A stretch of 64,000 nt of DNA from Bugula neritina (GCA_964035545.1 OZ037767.1:8566581-8630580); one strand, 5' to 3'. Positions 1 to 15,100 are shown, numbered from the stretch's first letter. Notes: generated by a model from the letters alone, not told the origin. Numbers and translations are program-made.

Positions 1-187
1 TTAGAGTATAATATGTGTATATTACTCACTCACACTAGAGTATATGTGTATATTACTCACTCACATTAGAGTATAATATGTGTATATTACTCACTCACAC
101 TAGAGTATATGTGTATATTACTCACTCACACTAGAGTATATGTGTATATTACTCACTCACACTAGAGTATATGTGTATATTACTCAC
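1..187. repeat. 31-bp minisatellite (~6 copies)
   Basis: Unit ctagagtatatgtgtatattactcactcaca. Confidence 0.9.
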
Positions 188-3100
188 CCACTCACACAGT
201 TGAACACTAGAGGATATATGCTTCTTTTGGAATTCCCTCTTCATTCTACAAACCAGAAAACATCTTAGTACAAGTTAGAAAGCAAGTCTGCTAATCATTG
301 TTACAATTGTCACTACACTACTAACCATACAGTGCTCCCTCCGTATCTCACTAAACTTATCTCCATTCAACGTGAATACCAAATTTAACTCACGGATCCG
401 TTAAATTATTCGGCCATTTTGTCACTATACACGCATACATAAGCCATAAACTGGAGGTCCAAGCCCTGCTCATGACCTATGGAATATGGAGGGAGCACTG
501 CATTAGATTAGGTGACAGGAAATCTTCACCTGGCTAACTCATGTCTATCTTTATGTTTCTGCTGCAGCTCCTTGACTTTATATTTACGCTTGGAATGCAT
601 GAGACTCAACATCTGAGCCTTCTGCTTGTCGTGGAGCTTGTCTATACGGTGTTGCTTATCAACGTGATGTCTCTCCACTACCAGCACCGAACACTCGTGC
701 AATGGCTGACGATACCGCAACTTAACTTCTAACTGCTCATCATAGAACTTCTTGTAGACATCTAGATGCATGTTTATGTGTTGCTTTTCCGTATCCTTCA
801 ACTACAATGCCAAAAACATCAGCGGTGTGAAGATGTAAAATACATAACAAAAAATTACAGTAAAAAGGTGTGGCTAGTTGATGAGCAACATCACTAATCA
901 GCAGTGAGTAAATTTTTTGTTAATTTCTCAATAGGTTATATAAGGTTATATAAGCAGCTGAGTTGGGGGTTCAATAAATCCCCAACTCTGAACTCAAGAA
1001 CTGCAAACTATTGCACTCAGTCACCCCCGAACTAGGAGCTGCTTGTAGAACCATTCTAATATAAAGACCTGCGGCCTGTGTGAATACCGGTTGCTTTTCC
1101 CGATACACTCAGGAAGTCCCAACTAACGTACCCTTCAACAGCCTATAGTAGCTGAGGCTAGAAACATGTATTGGCGGAAGTCCCGACCAACGTACCCTTC
1201 AAGAGGCTCTAATAATCACAGCTGAGGCTAGAAACATGGTGGATAGAGAAAGTCTACCTGATGGTGGTGCCTCTTCTTTATGTTGGTCAACTCCCAGTTG
1301 GTGGCGTGTCGCATCTGCTTGAATGTGCCGTTCTTTGACGCTGCTCGCAATGACTTGTGTTTCCTCTTTTCAAACTGCTTAATCTCTTTGGCTTGTACTC
1401 TCATCAATCTCTCAACTTCACATTTTTGGACTCTTCTGTGATTTAATATGTTCTGTAATCATCATGAAATATTTTACAATGGTTATTATAATATTATTAA
1501 ATATCCCAACTGCAGTCATACATTAGTACACACGTGTTTGTGCTTGTTCAAAGCCTTCACCCCTGTGAGAACCCCTGGTGGTAAGAGTTCTTATACGCCC
1601 CTCACCATGCTGGTAACATAGAAGAAATTATAACTGGATGATCTTTTTGAGATTAGCAATGACCTGGCCGAGTTTGGAACCCATGACCTGGTGCTTACTA
1701 GACCAGCACTCTAACTACGAGATCACTGCTGCTCCATAGTACACATGAACAAAAACTGCTAAAAATTGACAGACAAGCGATGTAAGAACACGTTACAAAT
1801 ACAATACTTATATTCTGAAATTTTTAATTTCATTAGCTATTTAAAAATTTAAACTCAAGCCATACCATATTTATCAGCGGAGTTGAAGTTAAAAGAGCCC
1901 CTCCCCCTAGGATGATTTAGTTTACACAAAGTACCAAGTTTTACATTTATAAATCCATTAGAATGATGTTAGGATACCTTAATAAGATGAGGAATCAGTA
2001 GATAGAAACTTTCAAATTCAATGTGTAGACTGTAGAGTTACAATTTAGGAGATTTGAAATGTGGACATAAACATAAAGACAACAGCCTAGCTGCTGTATA
2101 AACAGTTTGAATAGTTGAGTATCTTTAAGCATTTTATAAGATGCAGGGTTCAAAACTAAAGTCAAAAATAGTGATATAAAATAGTCATAATAGCATATTG
2201 TATGTTTTGTAAGCAGTCTTTTTTAGTGTGTGGTCTGCTGCTGTCTTTGTATTCTTTTACTAAAGAGATTTAAAAACTTAATAACCCATCAGCCAGAGTT
2301 ACCGAGAATCCTGTCACCACTCTAAGGTGGCTGCAAGTATATACATAGGAAGGCTACTGCACAGCATCGAGCATTACTTACTACTGCAAGGAGCACAAGA
2401 TGCACAGCTGAGTGTAAGTTAGCTAGTCTGTGCTAGAAGTGCTCTCTACTAGCTAATGTATAGTGACTTTCAGGAGAAGGCAACTACTAATATTAATTCA
2501 TGATATCAGTTTCATGCGTTTACAGGATGTGGATGAGAGCTGATACCTGATTGGTTGAGCAGTTGAGGCGGAGAGTAGTTTCAACTGAGCATTACATGAG
2601 AGGAATGAAAGTGAAATGAGAAAAAGCAAGAAAAATGGGTAAATGGAGAAGTATAGAGTAGGTAAAACTTAGAGAGAGACTGTTCTAGCAGCTACTTTAA
2701 TATACTGTATCCTATCCATTCACCACCTCCACCATCGGCTAACACATATTAGAGAGAGTAACATGGTGAGGTGATCACTACTGAGACACATGCACAGCTG
2801 TCTGGCAGCTATAAGTTAATATGGTGGCACCACCAACCCAGACACCCTACTACTCACTCTGAGGGAGGAAAACCTGGCCTTAGAGCCAAAAGAACAACTG
2901 TACATCAGTAGATTCTGCAATGGAGTGGACAGCAAATACTAAATGTACAGCTGCATACAGAGAAGGGCAATCAGACATCTGACTGACAAATAATATCAAG
3001 TAATCTGTAGAAATTGTACAGGGACAAACTGCAGCAAACAAAAATAATGTTAAGGAGGTGATAACCAAATATTTGCTTTAGAAAAATAAGTTAGAGAAAA

Positions 3101-6100
3101 ATATCAATCAGTAATTTAACTAACTGTAGAGAAAAGTGCAAAATAGGGAAAACAAGAAATAAAGTACTGTTGCAATGTAATGCATCAGATGAAAGCAAAA
3201 CTTATTTCCAAAGCTTAGCTGAAGCCGAAGGTGGGAGGAGCCAACTCACTTTATTATGCTTCTTCTCCGCCTTCCGCAGCTCTTGCTGCAGCTTCACCAG
3301 AGTCTTCTTGTACAGTTTATGAGAGCGAATTTCTACAGGAGACGGAGCTCCAACCATGTCGTCAGCTGAAGACAAGAGAGATACATGTTACAGTAGAGAA
3401 TACTTACAATAGAGAATACTTACAGTAGAGAATACTTACAGTAGATAATACTTACAGCAGATGTTATTTACAGTAAAGGGTACTTACGTAGAAGATATTT
3501 ACAGTAGAGAATACTTACAGTAGAAGATATTTACAGTAAGGGTATTTACAGTAGAGGGTACTTACAGTATAAATAACTTACAGTAAAAAGTACTCATATA
3601 AATTTACAGAAAGAACTAGAGTTTAGGCACTGCATGCAATAACCAAGTGAGTCAATGAGCCAGCATTGTATGTAGTGTATGACATATTATTCAACCATTT
3701 AACAAAACAAAGCTGCAGACAAGGATATAAAAATGAGCTGTGGCACTAGGTAAGGAACCAGTAGAGAGTGCAGATAATACAGTGAGAGTGCAGATATTAC
3801 AGAGAGAGTGCAGATATTACAGTGAGAGTGCAGATACTACCGCGAGAGTGCAGATACTACAGTGAGAGTGCAGATACTACAGTGAGAGTGCAGATACTAC
3901 AGTGAGAGTGCAGATACTACCGCGAGAGTGCAGATACTACAGTGAGAGTGCAGATACTACAGTGAGAGTGCAGATACTACAGTGAGAGTGCAGATACTAC
4001 AGTGAGAGTGCAGATACTACAGTGAGAGTGCAGATACTACAGTGAAAGTGCAGATACTACAGAGAGAGTGCAGACACTACAGTGAGAGTGTAGATACTAC
4101 AGTGAGAGTGCAGATACTACAGTAAGAGTGCAGATACTACAGTGAGAGTGCAGATACTACAGTGAAAGTGCAGATACTACAGTGAGAGTGCAGATACTAC
4201 AGTAAGAGTGCAGATACTACAGTGAGAGTGCAGATACTACAGCGAGAGTGCAGACACCCTCACAATGATGTAACACTTACCAACGAATCTGATCTCAATT
4301 TCGCTCTTCTGCTGAGCTGTAAGAGAGCCGTCGTCTGAATTATTCAGAGCGGGGAGACTCATAGCTGAAACATTCACAAACAGAAAATTCTAGAAGCCAC
4401 ATCGATGGCATGTGTCAGCAGATGAAGGCACTGGTCTTGTGTGAGGCTCGTGAATCCAAACTGAGAATGAATATTGGGAGGGCCACAAGAGCACATCTTA
4501 TCATATCTGTTTGTTAACTCAATAATTGATATTCCCTCAAAAACTCATTAAAAATTTTGCTTTCTACAATCTTGTTCAGATTATTTCTAGACTTGCATCT
4601 TCTGCAGATTGTCTCTAAAGCTTCACTTCTAAGTAAATGAAAATGAGCCACGGAACAACCCACTCATTCACAAGTTTACTTCGTGCTTGCAACATTCAAT
4701 TACTGCAATATTGAAAACTCTAAATTAAAGGAGGAATGAAATCACAAATCTCTTATAAATACATGAATTACGGGCAACACACAACCTTGACCTTCATCTT
4801 CTACACACTCTGACATATATATTCTTCATACTCTGACATATACTTCACACACTCTGACGACATATATATTCTTCATACTCTGACATATACTTCATATACA
4901 CCGACATACATTTCAAATATGGATAGGTTTAAAAGCCATGCATAGGTAGAAGAAATATTATATAGATAAACTGCAGTACCTGTACCTACAAAAAAATATA
5001 ATTGAAACTAACAATTGGTGATTAAGAAATAGAAACTTGAAAGCAGAAATTATCTACTCTGTGTTTAGTAAGCCAGCACTGTGATATACATAGATATGAA
5101 TGTGGAACAAAGAGGGGGTACTGAGGCTGTAACAGCAAATCACAGAGCTCTACACTAAAGCAATCTCCTGGGCTTAAATCTTATGATTACTCAACTATTT
5201 CAATCAAACCAACGAAGTAATCGGGGAAATAGTATTACATTACAAAATCTAAAATGGTTCACTAATTTTCTAATAATTCCCTTGCATACGTTGAGACACA
5301 TTTACAAAGATATAAAAACATAATGTCAGAAAATAAGAAGTCAATTCTACATTTTACTTACTGATTATAGGGGATAACATAAACTACTAGCATGTAACCA
5401 GTAGGTAGCATTATAGATACGTAACCATAGTAACACCAATAAGAGCAGCCATATTGTAGGTGTTCCGATATGCAATGTTAATATGAATGTTACAAACATT
5501 TAAGATTGCTAGCTAAAGGTGCGAGCTGAGACATTCTCAAGGCTGTTGCAAGGTCAACTGAATGCAAGAACTGAGCGAGGGACGAAAAGACTTACTGATC
5601 ATCCCACTGGCAATGGAGGGACGTTGGGTGGAGGGGGTTCCTGAAACAGGGAGACTACAGGCTACAAGCACTGCATACTCAGCAGGCAGTTATGCAATGC
5701 AAAGTTGCAGTCTTATTAAACAAAGAATGAAGTGTAGTTGGCAATAAGCTAAGGGCTGGATAGACTTGTTGAAAATTATGACAGTTTAATTTAAATTAGT
5801 TTTAAAAAAATATTTCAAAAATAACCACATATTAACAATATCTATTTAAGATTCATTGTCAGTATGAGCCAAAAAGGCCATAATAATGCCTAAATTAGCA
5901 TGCATGTGCAGCTAAGTAAGTACATAATACAATATACAAGCTAGCAACCTGTGAATAGTAGTAAATAGCAGTAACTATGGTAACATGTGACTAGTAGTAA
6001 GTAACTATGGTAACATGTAAAAAGTAGTAACTATGGTAACATGTGAATAGTAGTAACTATGGTAACATGTAAAAAGTAGTAACTATGGTAACATGTGAAT

Positions 6101-9100
6101 AGTAGTAACTATGGTAACATGTTAATAGTAGTAACTATGGTAACATGTGTATAGTAGTAACTATGATAACATGTGAATAGTAGTAGCTATGGTAACATGT
6201 TAATAGTAGTAGCTATGGTGTTGAAGCTATCAGCCATGTACATGCAGGCATTGATGTATGGCCAAAGCTGTGTTATTTTTGCTGAGCCAGAGCGGGTCAG
6301 CAGTGAATAAAGGCTCAAAGTCCAGCTTAAAAAAGACCCAGTAGCTTCAGTTCTGAGTACAGATGTACGAAAGCAAAGGACCCCGCTCCCCCAGTGGCTT
6401 ACCATTCTGCAAAGGAACTGAGGGTAGAATCTCTCCTGGAATATGAGGCAAGCTTGTGGTGTGATTGAGCAGCTTTAGAGCAACAGCCTGTGGGTCACCT
6501 CCATCCATCTTATCCAAGTTGTCTTCAGAAAGGTATTTCTTTCGGTTGAGGGTGGACTGTCCATTCTCCTCTATCTGTCATGAATTTATAACACCAAGGC
6601 TACATTTCTTACTGCAGTTGCTTCCTGCATTCAGGTGCCAGAAATAAGTTATTATCATCTTAGCTGACAGGTGAGAATAACTATACAAAAACTTTCATCA
6701 TTCCACCAATCAAAAAATTTGTTTGAATGAAACCCCAACACATGCGGCTGGAGTTGGTTTGATAAATTAAGGTGAATGGGAGAGCTTTTGAAGCTGCTTT
6801 GATTAAACGGAACAGATTATTAGTCAAATGGATTCTTTTGAGAAGCAGGAAGGGATCAGCAGTGATGTTGGCAGACAGAGCGAGTAGAGTGAACACAAAA
6901 CTGATATCGGCCATGTTTGTTTATATCTATGTAATGACAACACATGTTGTATATATTCTGCATACACAAGACCTCTGTATGCACAAGACCTCTGCATAAA
7001 CTGTAGAGTTAAAAGAGAGGTTCATTTGGAGTTGCCATTTTTAGACAAAACTAGGTGTAAATAGCGTACAGGAACATGCAGTTTGTCATTAGGTCAAAAC
7101 CTACGAGTAGCCATAAAAAACATAGTGATAAATTTATAAACAAACATGGCTGACATCGGTTCAGTTACACTCTACTCTGTATTAATTACTGTTGAATCCA
7201 ACTCCGTATCATAGAACTGTTTATTTCTTTTCAAACTTCAACACACCAGTAAAGACTCACTCTAGTTACAGTCAGTATGAATGAGGAGGTCTAACAACTG
7301 GAACTGAGAGAAGGACAGAAGTGAGAAGAACTGACATGTCATAGCATGTGTACCTTCACAGAACCGTTTGGAGATAGCGGCTCCTCAGTCAAGTCCCCCA
7401 TCATCATCCCGTCCATAGTGATGTTATTATTCTCAAAATCCTCCGTCAGAACTTTCAACTGCTGAGTGTGTTTCTCCAAGCTAGACTGGTAGGCTATCGG
7501 GTTGGAGAGAGCAATGGCAAACTCTGTAATAAGTAGCTATTGGGTTGGAGAGAGCAATTCAATGTATGCTACAGGGTAGCACAACTCTAACAGAGCAAAC
7601 AATAGCTCTTTATTGTTTTATTGGTGTGAGCAGAATATTTCTGCCATCTTGATAAATTCATTGACTTTCTGTGTATTTAGGCCACTTTAAAGCTACGGAG
7701 TTTCAATGCATTGAAAAAGGCCACTGCAAAGCAGTTTAACATTCATTAGCTTTGTCTCCATCACTCACCACTAATTTTAGCAAGGAGAAAAAGAACTTTA
7801 AATACTTGTTTAATTATATAATGACAGATAAATAAATAATTTCTAAGCTGACAATAAGCCGTAGTGAGATTAGGGACAGAATAGACTAAGACTTACCAGC
7901 CTTGTCGTCTGGCACATAATCCTTCACTGTGAGATAAGCAAACAGGGTGGGCATCATCAGGGCCTGCCCTAACTCATTCCTCAACGCTATGTGTCTGTAG
8001 CCTGGCAATCAGCAACACAGTATTAACACAGCAGAGAGAAATAGAAATACAGTTGATAAGTACCACGGAAATCTTGTACAATGAATTCTAATAGCATATA
8101 ATGCATTCAATCTATCTCTGAGAATAGCTCTACGTGTATTATAACTCTAGAGGTATAGGATTAGGAGAGCAACAACCTGCATGAGCAAGTCATACTGTAA
8201 TACCTGGTCTAAGACTGGAGACAGGAAGTAACCTGTGACCAATCATCTTCCCCTTCTCTTCATAAGCAGCCACCCGCAGAATAGCCAGGTTAGGCAACAC
8301 CACCTGTTGAAATATAAACTACAACTGTACATTTACACCTCCTTTCCAATAAAACGTAGTTTCAAGTTACCAAATAAGAAAACTCAACTAAGAACTCGAA
8401 AAAAATCTCATTTGAGCCACTCAAAGCCTAAACAATACACTATGCATGAAGAGTTTGTGAGTATTTCGAAATAGCAAATCATTCTCTCCAGTCTACATTT
8501 AGTAATCCAGTTGAAACTGTGCATGTAAATTCTGTGGGACTTGAAAGTTGATTATCAACTGAGGAGTTAAAATAAAGCACTTGCCTACTAACAGGGGTGA
8601 CAGGGTCACAGCTTAATATCAAATTTATATATAACAATGAGTATTAGATTGACAAGCATGTAGCCTAATGTGACTACCTTCTTGAATACAAACTCATCCT
8701 CTTCATATCTTGGGTTGATGCCATTAGCAGGGACTAGCTTAGTCTTGTAACGTTTCCGTAGAGTGTCTGCAGGTAGACCATACATCTCAACCTCCACGTA
8801 TGTTCCAACCTGCTTATCTGACAGGAAATAGCCTGACAATATCTACAAAATGTTTATAATACATCACATGGGGTTCAGTTTATTGATAGGAATATGATGC
8901 AATAATCTAACAACTATTCACTAACATTTTATAATATATATATTATTAAAGTATATTTTCAGATAATTTGTGCAAAAAATATTTTTCAAAAACGAAATTA
9001 CACACTAATTGTGTTTCAGCAGTCATCATTGTATAAACAATTACCACTAAATAGGTAGCTTAGAGTAGTGATATGAGATGTTCCAAGGAAATACAAGTCA

Positions 9101-12100
9101 AACAATTGAGAAGTTGTGTTCTCTTAAATAAATACATGCAGAAAAGCTGTCAAAATGTTGCACAGTTTCCAAGAAAAGTTAGTTAAAGAATTTGCCACAA
9201 ATTTTTTTCACATAAGTTAAAAGAGTGTAGCAGATGTAACACATAAGAACACTATACACATCTATATGTAGTAGCATTACCGCAGTGTATACCACATTGT
9301 ACCATAGTGCACCACATTGTAACAAAAGGGCTAACACATTGTACTGAAGAGTACCACATCATACCAGAGTGGAACCACATTGTACTGTACATACTCTAAC
9401 TGAAACTGTCCCAGCTACTATCCCATCCACTGTACTTTCTGCAAACGGATCAAACTTCTTCTTCTCTTGTCTCATAAAGTCTGGCTTGAGGACGTACCCA
9501 GTACTGAGGTTCATCTCAAATATTCCCTGATTCAACTGCATAGGCAGGTCTAGCGTCTGGAAATTGAGGGCCACCAATTGACAGCCCGCATTCCAAAACA
9601 CCTGCAAAACACCCAAAGCTAATGAGAGATTCTATCATTTCCATTATTTCGCATTATGCAATGGACACTCATACGAATGAATTTGTGGTTGGCGTTTGTA
9701 TTAACTTATGGTTGTGGTTTCCTCCGATACTACTGTTTCCAAACATCAATGAAATATCCATTTGCATATTATGTGAAACTGAGAAACCAGTAGCGTAGCA
9801 TAGGCATTAGTAAAACCAATAACTTAAGCAGTCCGTGGAAAATAACTACCAAAACAAAGAAAAAGGGAGACAATTGGTCTAAAGAATACACACACATAGT
9901 CCTCGCACACAGTGCACACGTACAACACAGACCATAGCACACTCACACACAGCACACACAGTGTATACGTACAGCACACACATAACTTACCTGTGGCATG
10001 TAGTTACTAGAATCAACTCGAGTCCCTTTAGGATAAATACGACTCAGCTGTCTTTTGTTGTAGTTAACAAATTCTACCGGGTCTTTCTTCATCCGGGTTA
10101 CTGCGAATGTCTCCACAAAAGACGACATCTCGTACGATCTATTCTTCCCTACACAGTCACATATTTACTATAAATAGCAACACGGCTATATAGCGTTCAC
10201 ATAAACGCACTTAGCCATATATATTAATGTACACATAACCACAAGTTAACTCCTAACCACCTAGTATGAGTAGACAACTTCTATTTACGAAACCTTGTAA
10301 ATATTTTAAATGATCTTTTATCTTAAATAATCCTACAGAGTTCTGACTTTTTTCCCCTTTTTTCTTACCTACTTTTTAAAGTCAGTATTTACACTGAATT
10401 TCACAGCATGTTTTTATGTCTGTGATACATAATCTTAATCAATCAATCAATCAATCAATCGATCAATGCTTGAGCTGTTGTAACAAGAACTTGTAACTAA
10501 GCATATATTAAAACTTATGGGGTTGTGTAGTTGATTGCATACAAAATATATAAAATTAAACGCAGTATAATAAGACATACATTGTATATTATAATATATA
10601 CAAGATGAAGCTGGTAGAGAAAGCGTAACATCGCGACACTACTTACGTTTAGAATGCTCAAATGAATGAAAAGAGACTGGAGTGCAATAGTTGACTAGTG
10701 AAGACATTTCCTCTGAAGATATGACTTCCTTGTGAGCTGTACCCTGACAACAGCAACATTATATACTTTCACTAGTTATTACATCAATACAACACTGTGA
10801 CATAGCAATACTAACACTATGACTAGACTGTGCTATACAGCTATATTTTTATCCTGTGCATGTAGTTATTGGTGTTATATAAAATAAATTCACGAAGGAA
10901 TTTACAAAATATTTTAGTCTTGACCTTGACCTACCTCGTCTTGCTTCTTCAACTCTTTCTCAAGTTCGGTGAGGTCATCATCCGCATCAGAGTCCGACTC
11001 TTCGTCTACCAGCTGTGATATAGACATCAGTGGAGAACAATGACAGTATAGAGCAAATATAGCTAAGACATCAATGGTATATTGATATAGAACAGTTAGA
11101 TTGATACACCTATATAAAACATTGACATGCATTCCAATGAATGACAGAGCAAGAATATTAAATAGAAAATAATGAAATGGTACAAATGAAACCGATGATA
11201 ACAAACCTTATAGTCGGTGGATTTGCCTTCTTGCTCAGTGTGAGAGCTGTATCCATTTCCACCATTAGTTTGGTCATTTCCTTCCACATGATGATAGTCT
11301 GGCGGTATCTCATCTGAAACATGACATTAACATATATAATACATAACATTACATGTGTATACTACAATACATTTACATATATTATATTACATATAATATA
11401 TTACATACACGTATAATATAATACATATAAGTTTAATATAATACATACACATATAATATAATACATACACATATATTATAATACATACACATATAATTTA
11501 ATACATATAAATATATTATAATGATATATATAAATATAAAATTATGCACAGGTTTTGTTAAGCTAATAAACTCATAAAGCACATGTTTTGATTGTCAACA
11601 AAAGTGGTCAGCCTACCTGAATCATCAGCAGGTGAGTCTGGCACTTCGGCGTTGAAGTTGCTTCCCCCGTCACTCTCACTGAAGGACAATGACTTGCTAG
11701 TGTTCTGATCGGACGCGTTGTCTTTAGTTTTGGAAACGTCTTCTACAGAGTAACGGAATGTCATGTGATAAAAAATGTAATGTATTTACTACATTGTATA
11801 GACGACCATCTTCTAATGAGTCAACATCACATTGTATAGAATGAGTAAACATCATATAGTGTAAGTCAGCAAATGCACACCTTTAGGTTTGAAGGAAACT
11901 TTGTGAAGTTCGTCGGTACTGTTGCTGTCCACGGAACCCAAACTCAGCTTCTTGTTGTCTTTTCGGTCTGCAACGTATCAAAATAACTTGCAAGCCGACA
12001 TCTTACTCTATTTAGAGGGATAGGAGAGAGAACCAACAAAACATTAGACATATACTTGAAAGTATTCTAGTAGTACTGGTAATACTTCACCCACTGCTGG

Positions 12101-15100
12101 CTATGCCGCTACCTATTCAAGAGTTGTCTGCTATTCCCACAACATATTGGGTATATAGCAAAAAGTTCATTTAGATGAGGAATTCCAACAGAAGAAGTAT
12201 ATTTGTAAAATTTGCACATAGGCAGTATAGAAATAACTAAAAGCATGCAGGCAACAATATAGGAACCCAACCAACTGGTTTGATGATACTTAGCTAACTT
12301 GGTTCATCTAATTTACATTGGCTGTATAATATGAACAGTGACTTTTGCATTGTACTTCTAATGTATATTAAGTCATTTTAAAAAAAATTCCGACAAAAAC
12401 ATGTTTGCCTTTAGGTGGCCACCTGTGCTCATTCAGTGTACACCTGGTTTGGTACCCCTCTAATACAACCAAACCTCAGGAAAACTTCAAACACACCGGT
12501 TTGGTGCACATCTTCTACACTTCACAGAGGTTGCTAAAGACTACAGCAGTGTATCTAACTTTGTGTGTCAACAGAGGTTACCATATCAACAACAGTGACA
12601 TAGCTTACAAGGTAGAGTAACCTCTACATGTCTAAATTAGAGTTGAGTCATTTTACTTAATTTAGTAGACACTCAAAATCTTCAGTTTTTAGCTATTTTT
12701 CACAATTTAGCTGCTAATGTATATGGGAAATTAATCAAGATTAAAAAGAACTTTGATTAATTGGTTATATTTATTGATATTTTATTAGTTTTTAGCAAAA
12801 ACTAATATACATTAGCAGTTAAATTGTGAAAAATAGCTAAAACTGGAGATTTCGAGTGTGTACTAAATTAAGTAAAATGACCCGGTTATAATAAGTTTCA
12901 GTCAAAAGAAGACTCAGAGTGTTTGCCGTATTAACCGAGACAAGGCACACTGCCATCTCTGTTGGAGTCATCAACCAGAGATTACACACAGAGAGCAGGA
13001 TTATGTGATGCTGAGAGTTCACACTATATGAGTACATCTACCAACAGCTCTAGTCTAGTAAGGGAACACGCAATAACTACGGTACGCTGTTGGGAATTGT
13101 CTACTCACTGCATCAGTTTAACTAAACATGAAGATCTATCCCTAAAGGCAATAGTATAACTTTTCACAACAAGTATTTAATATTCTACTTCCCTTGCAGA
13201 TGTAACAATAAATTGGTTAAACTCAGAGAGAATTTTTCACACTAATCAAGATGCAAAAAAGAAGACAACTCACCGGACTGCTTGGCAACCCGAGACTTGC
13301 TATTCTTAATCAGAATCTTCCTTTTCAAACACTCAGGTGAAGGTATGGGTTGGCCAGGTTCCAGCTACAATCAGTGCGAGGTGGTAAAGGGGGGACTAGG
13401 ATAAACACCAACCTAAACCTCTAGTAACTTGCATGCTAGACTTGGCTAGCTCTCAAAAGAGAATGTAACGGAAGAAAGCTTTTCACTCACTGGAAAGTTG
13501 GGCAGTGGCTCATCAAGTAGCAAGTCTCCAAATATCTCCCTGCAGTATCTGGCCATCTTCTCCTGCTGTATCCCTCTACAACACACCTTGTGATCAGAGG
13601 CAGCCATATATGAAGCATGCTGACTCAGTTGACCTACTTACACGCTAGCCAATACCTAGCAAACCTACCAACTATGGAGGAGGATGGAGTGTAACAAACC
13701 TATTCACGTGGTTCTCAAATGACAGAATGACTGGGTAGTCTGAAGTCTTAAATGCGCTTTCAGCGATAGCTTCTATGACATCCTTGAAAGGTATTTCAGT
13801 GCACACGGTGTAGCCGTGAGTGATCATTGGCTCGTTGTTGTTGGATTTGTCCCCCGGCCAGCAGTCCAGTTCTATACAGCGACACCCAGAGAGGAGCACC
13901 TGTCGGTACATCTCTACTGAAGACTGACTTCTCATCTGGTGACCTGACAAGAGGAGCAAGTGCCTTACATATGCATTTAGAAACCAAGCATAGCATAGTA
14001 TAGCAAAGTGTAGCATATAATATAGTATAGTATATAGCATAGTATAATATATAATGTGGCATAGCATATTGTATAGTACAGTATAGTATAGCATAGTGTA
14101 GCGTATAATATAGTATAGTGTATAGTATATAGTGTATAGTATATAATGTATAGTATAGTATATAATGTATAGTATAGTAAGATATAGTGACAAAACTAAA
14201 GAAAATAATATAAGCAGTAAACATCAAAATATAAGAGATCCCCATACGGGTTGTAAAAACCGCAAGTGTTGTTTTGAATTTGTCTCCTCTCAGCCTGCAT
14301 TATGCAGAGGTTCTCAAAAAGTAAAGACAATTCCTAAAATGTATATAGACGCCCATAACTACAGAATAAACTGCTATTGAAATAAAGGGCATATAATCAT
14401 CCTGCCTTGTATGCACCTGTATACATGTGTAGTTCTTGGAAAGCAACCAACTGATATGAGAAAGTATTACTGTATCAATAATTCAATAGCATTGGCAGAC
14501 AATTAGCAGTGGTTGGAGCACTTGGAGAACTATGATGGTAGTTGGCAGATGTGGGTAAAGATGTTTACAAGCAGTGTGCAGTGTATATAGTATATACATT
14601 CATATAGATTAGACTAGTAGTTTTACATTCAATGCATGTATCACATAAAACATCCCAAAGTGCTGCTAACACCCCCCCCCCCTTCACTATAGTTTGACAG
14701 TCGTATCAGTGCTGAACCAGTAAGTAGAAAGTAGAGCATATTTTAGAATTTTTGGCAAGTTTGTCAATTTCCAGATTTGAAAAAATTATGACAAAAATCG
14801 AAGATCTGTGCAAAATAAAATTATTTTACCAAGCGATAAAGCATCAGCAATAGTTATAGCCATGGGTTTAATCTAAGCACTGTAATGCTGGAATGAATTA
14901 TTATAGTTGTATTCTACACATAGAATACTGAGACTAAGGTTAAGGGTAGTGTACTGAAGAGAAATCGTACAATCAATAAAAGGCAACAAAATTAACATCT
15001 TTTGTATTATGAATGCAAATATTACATCATGCAACTCCATGAGCGCAAACACTGCGTTATATCAACATATTAATACCATATAGAACTAAAGCACAACTTG

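Noticed and set aside
3764-4256. CRISPR-like arrays (also 23487, 25201, 28891)
   Set aside because: Head-to-tail repeats without unique spacers, inside eukaryotic introns, with no cas genes.
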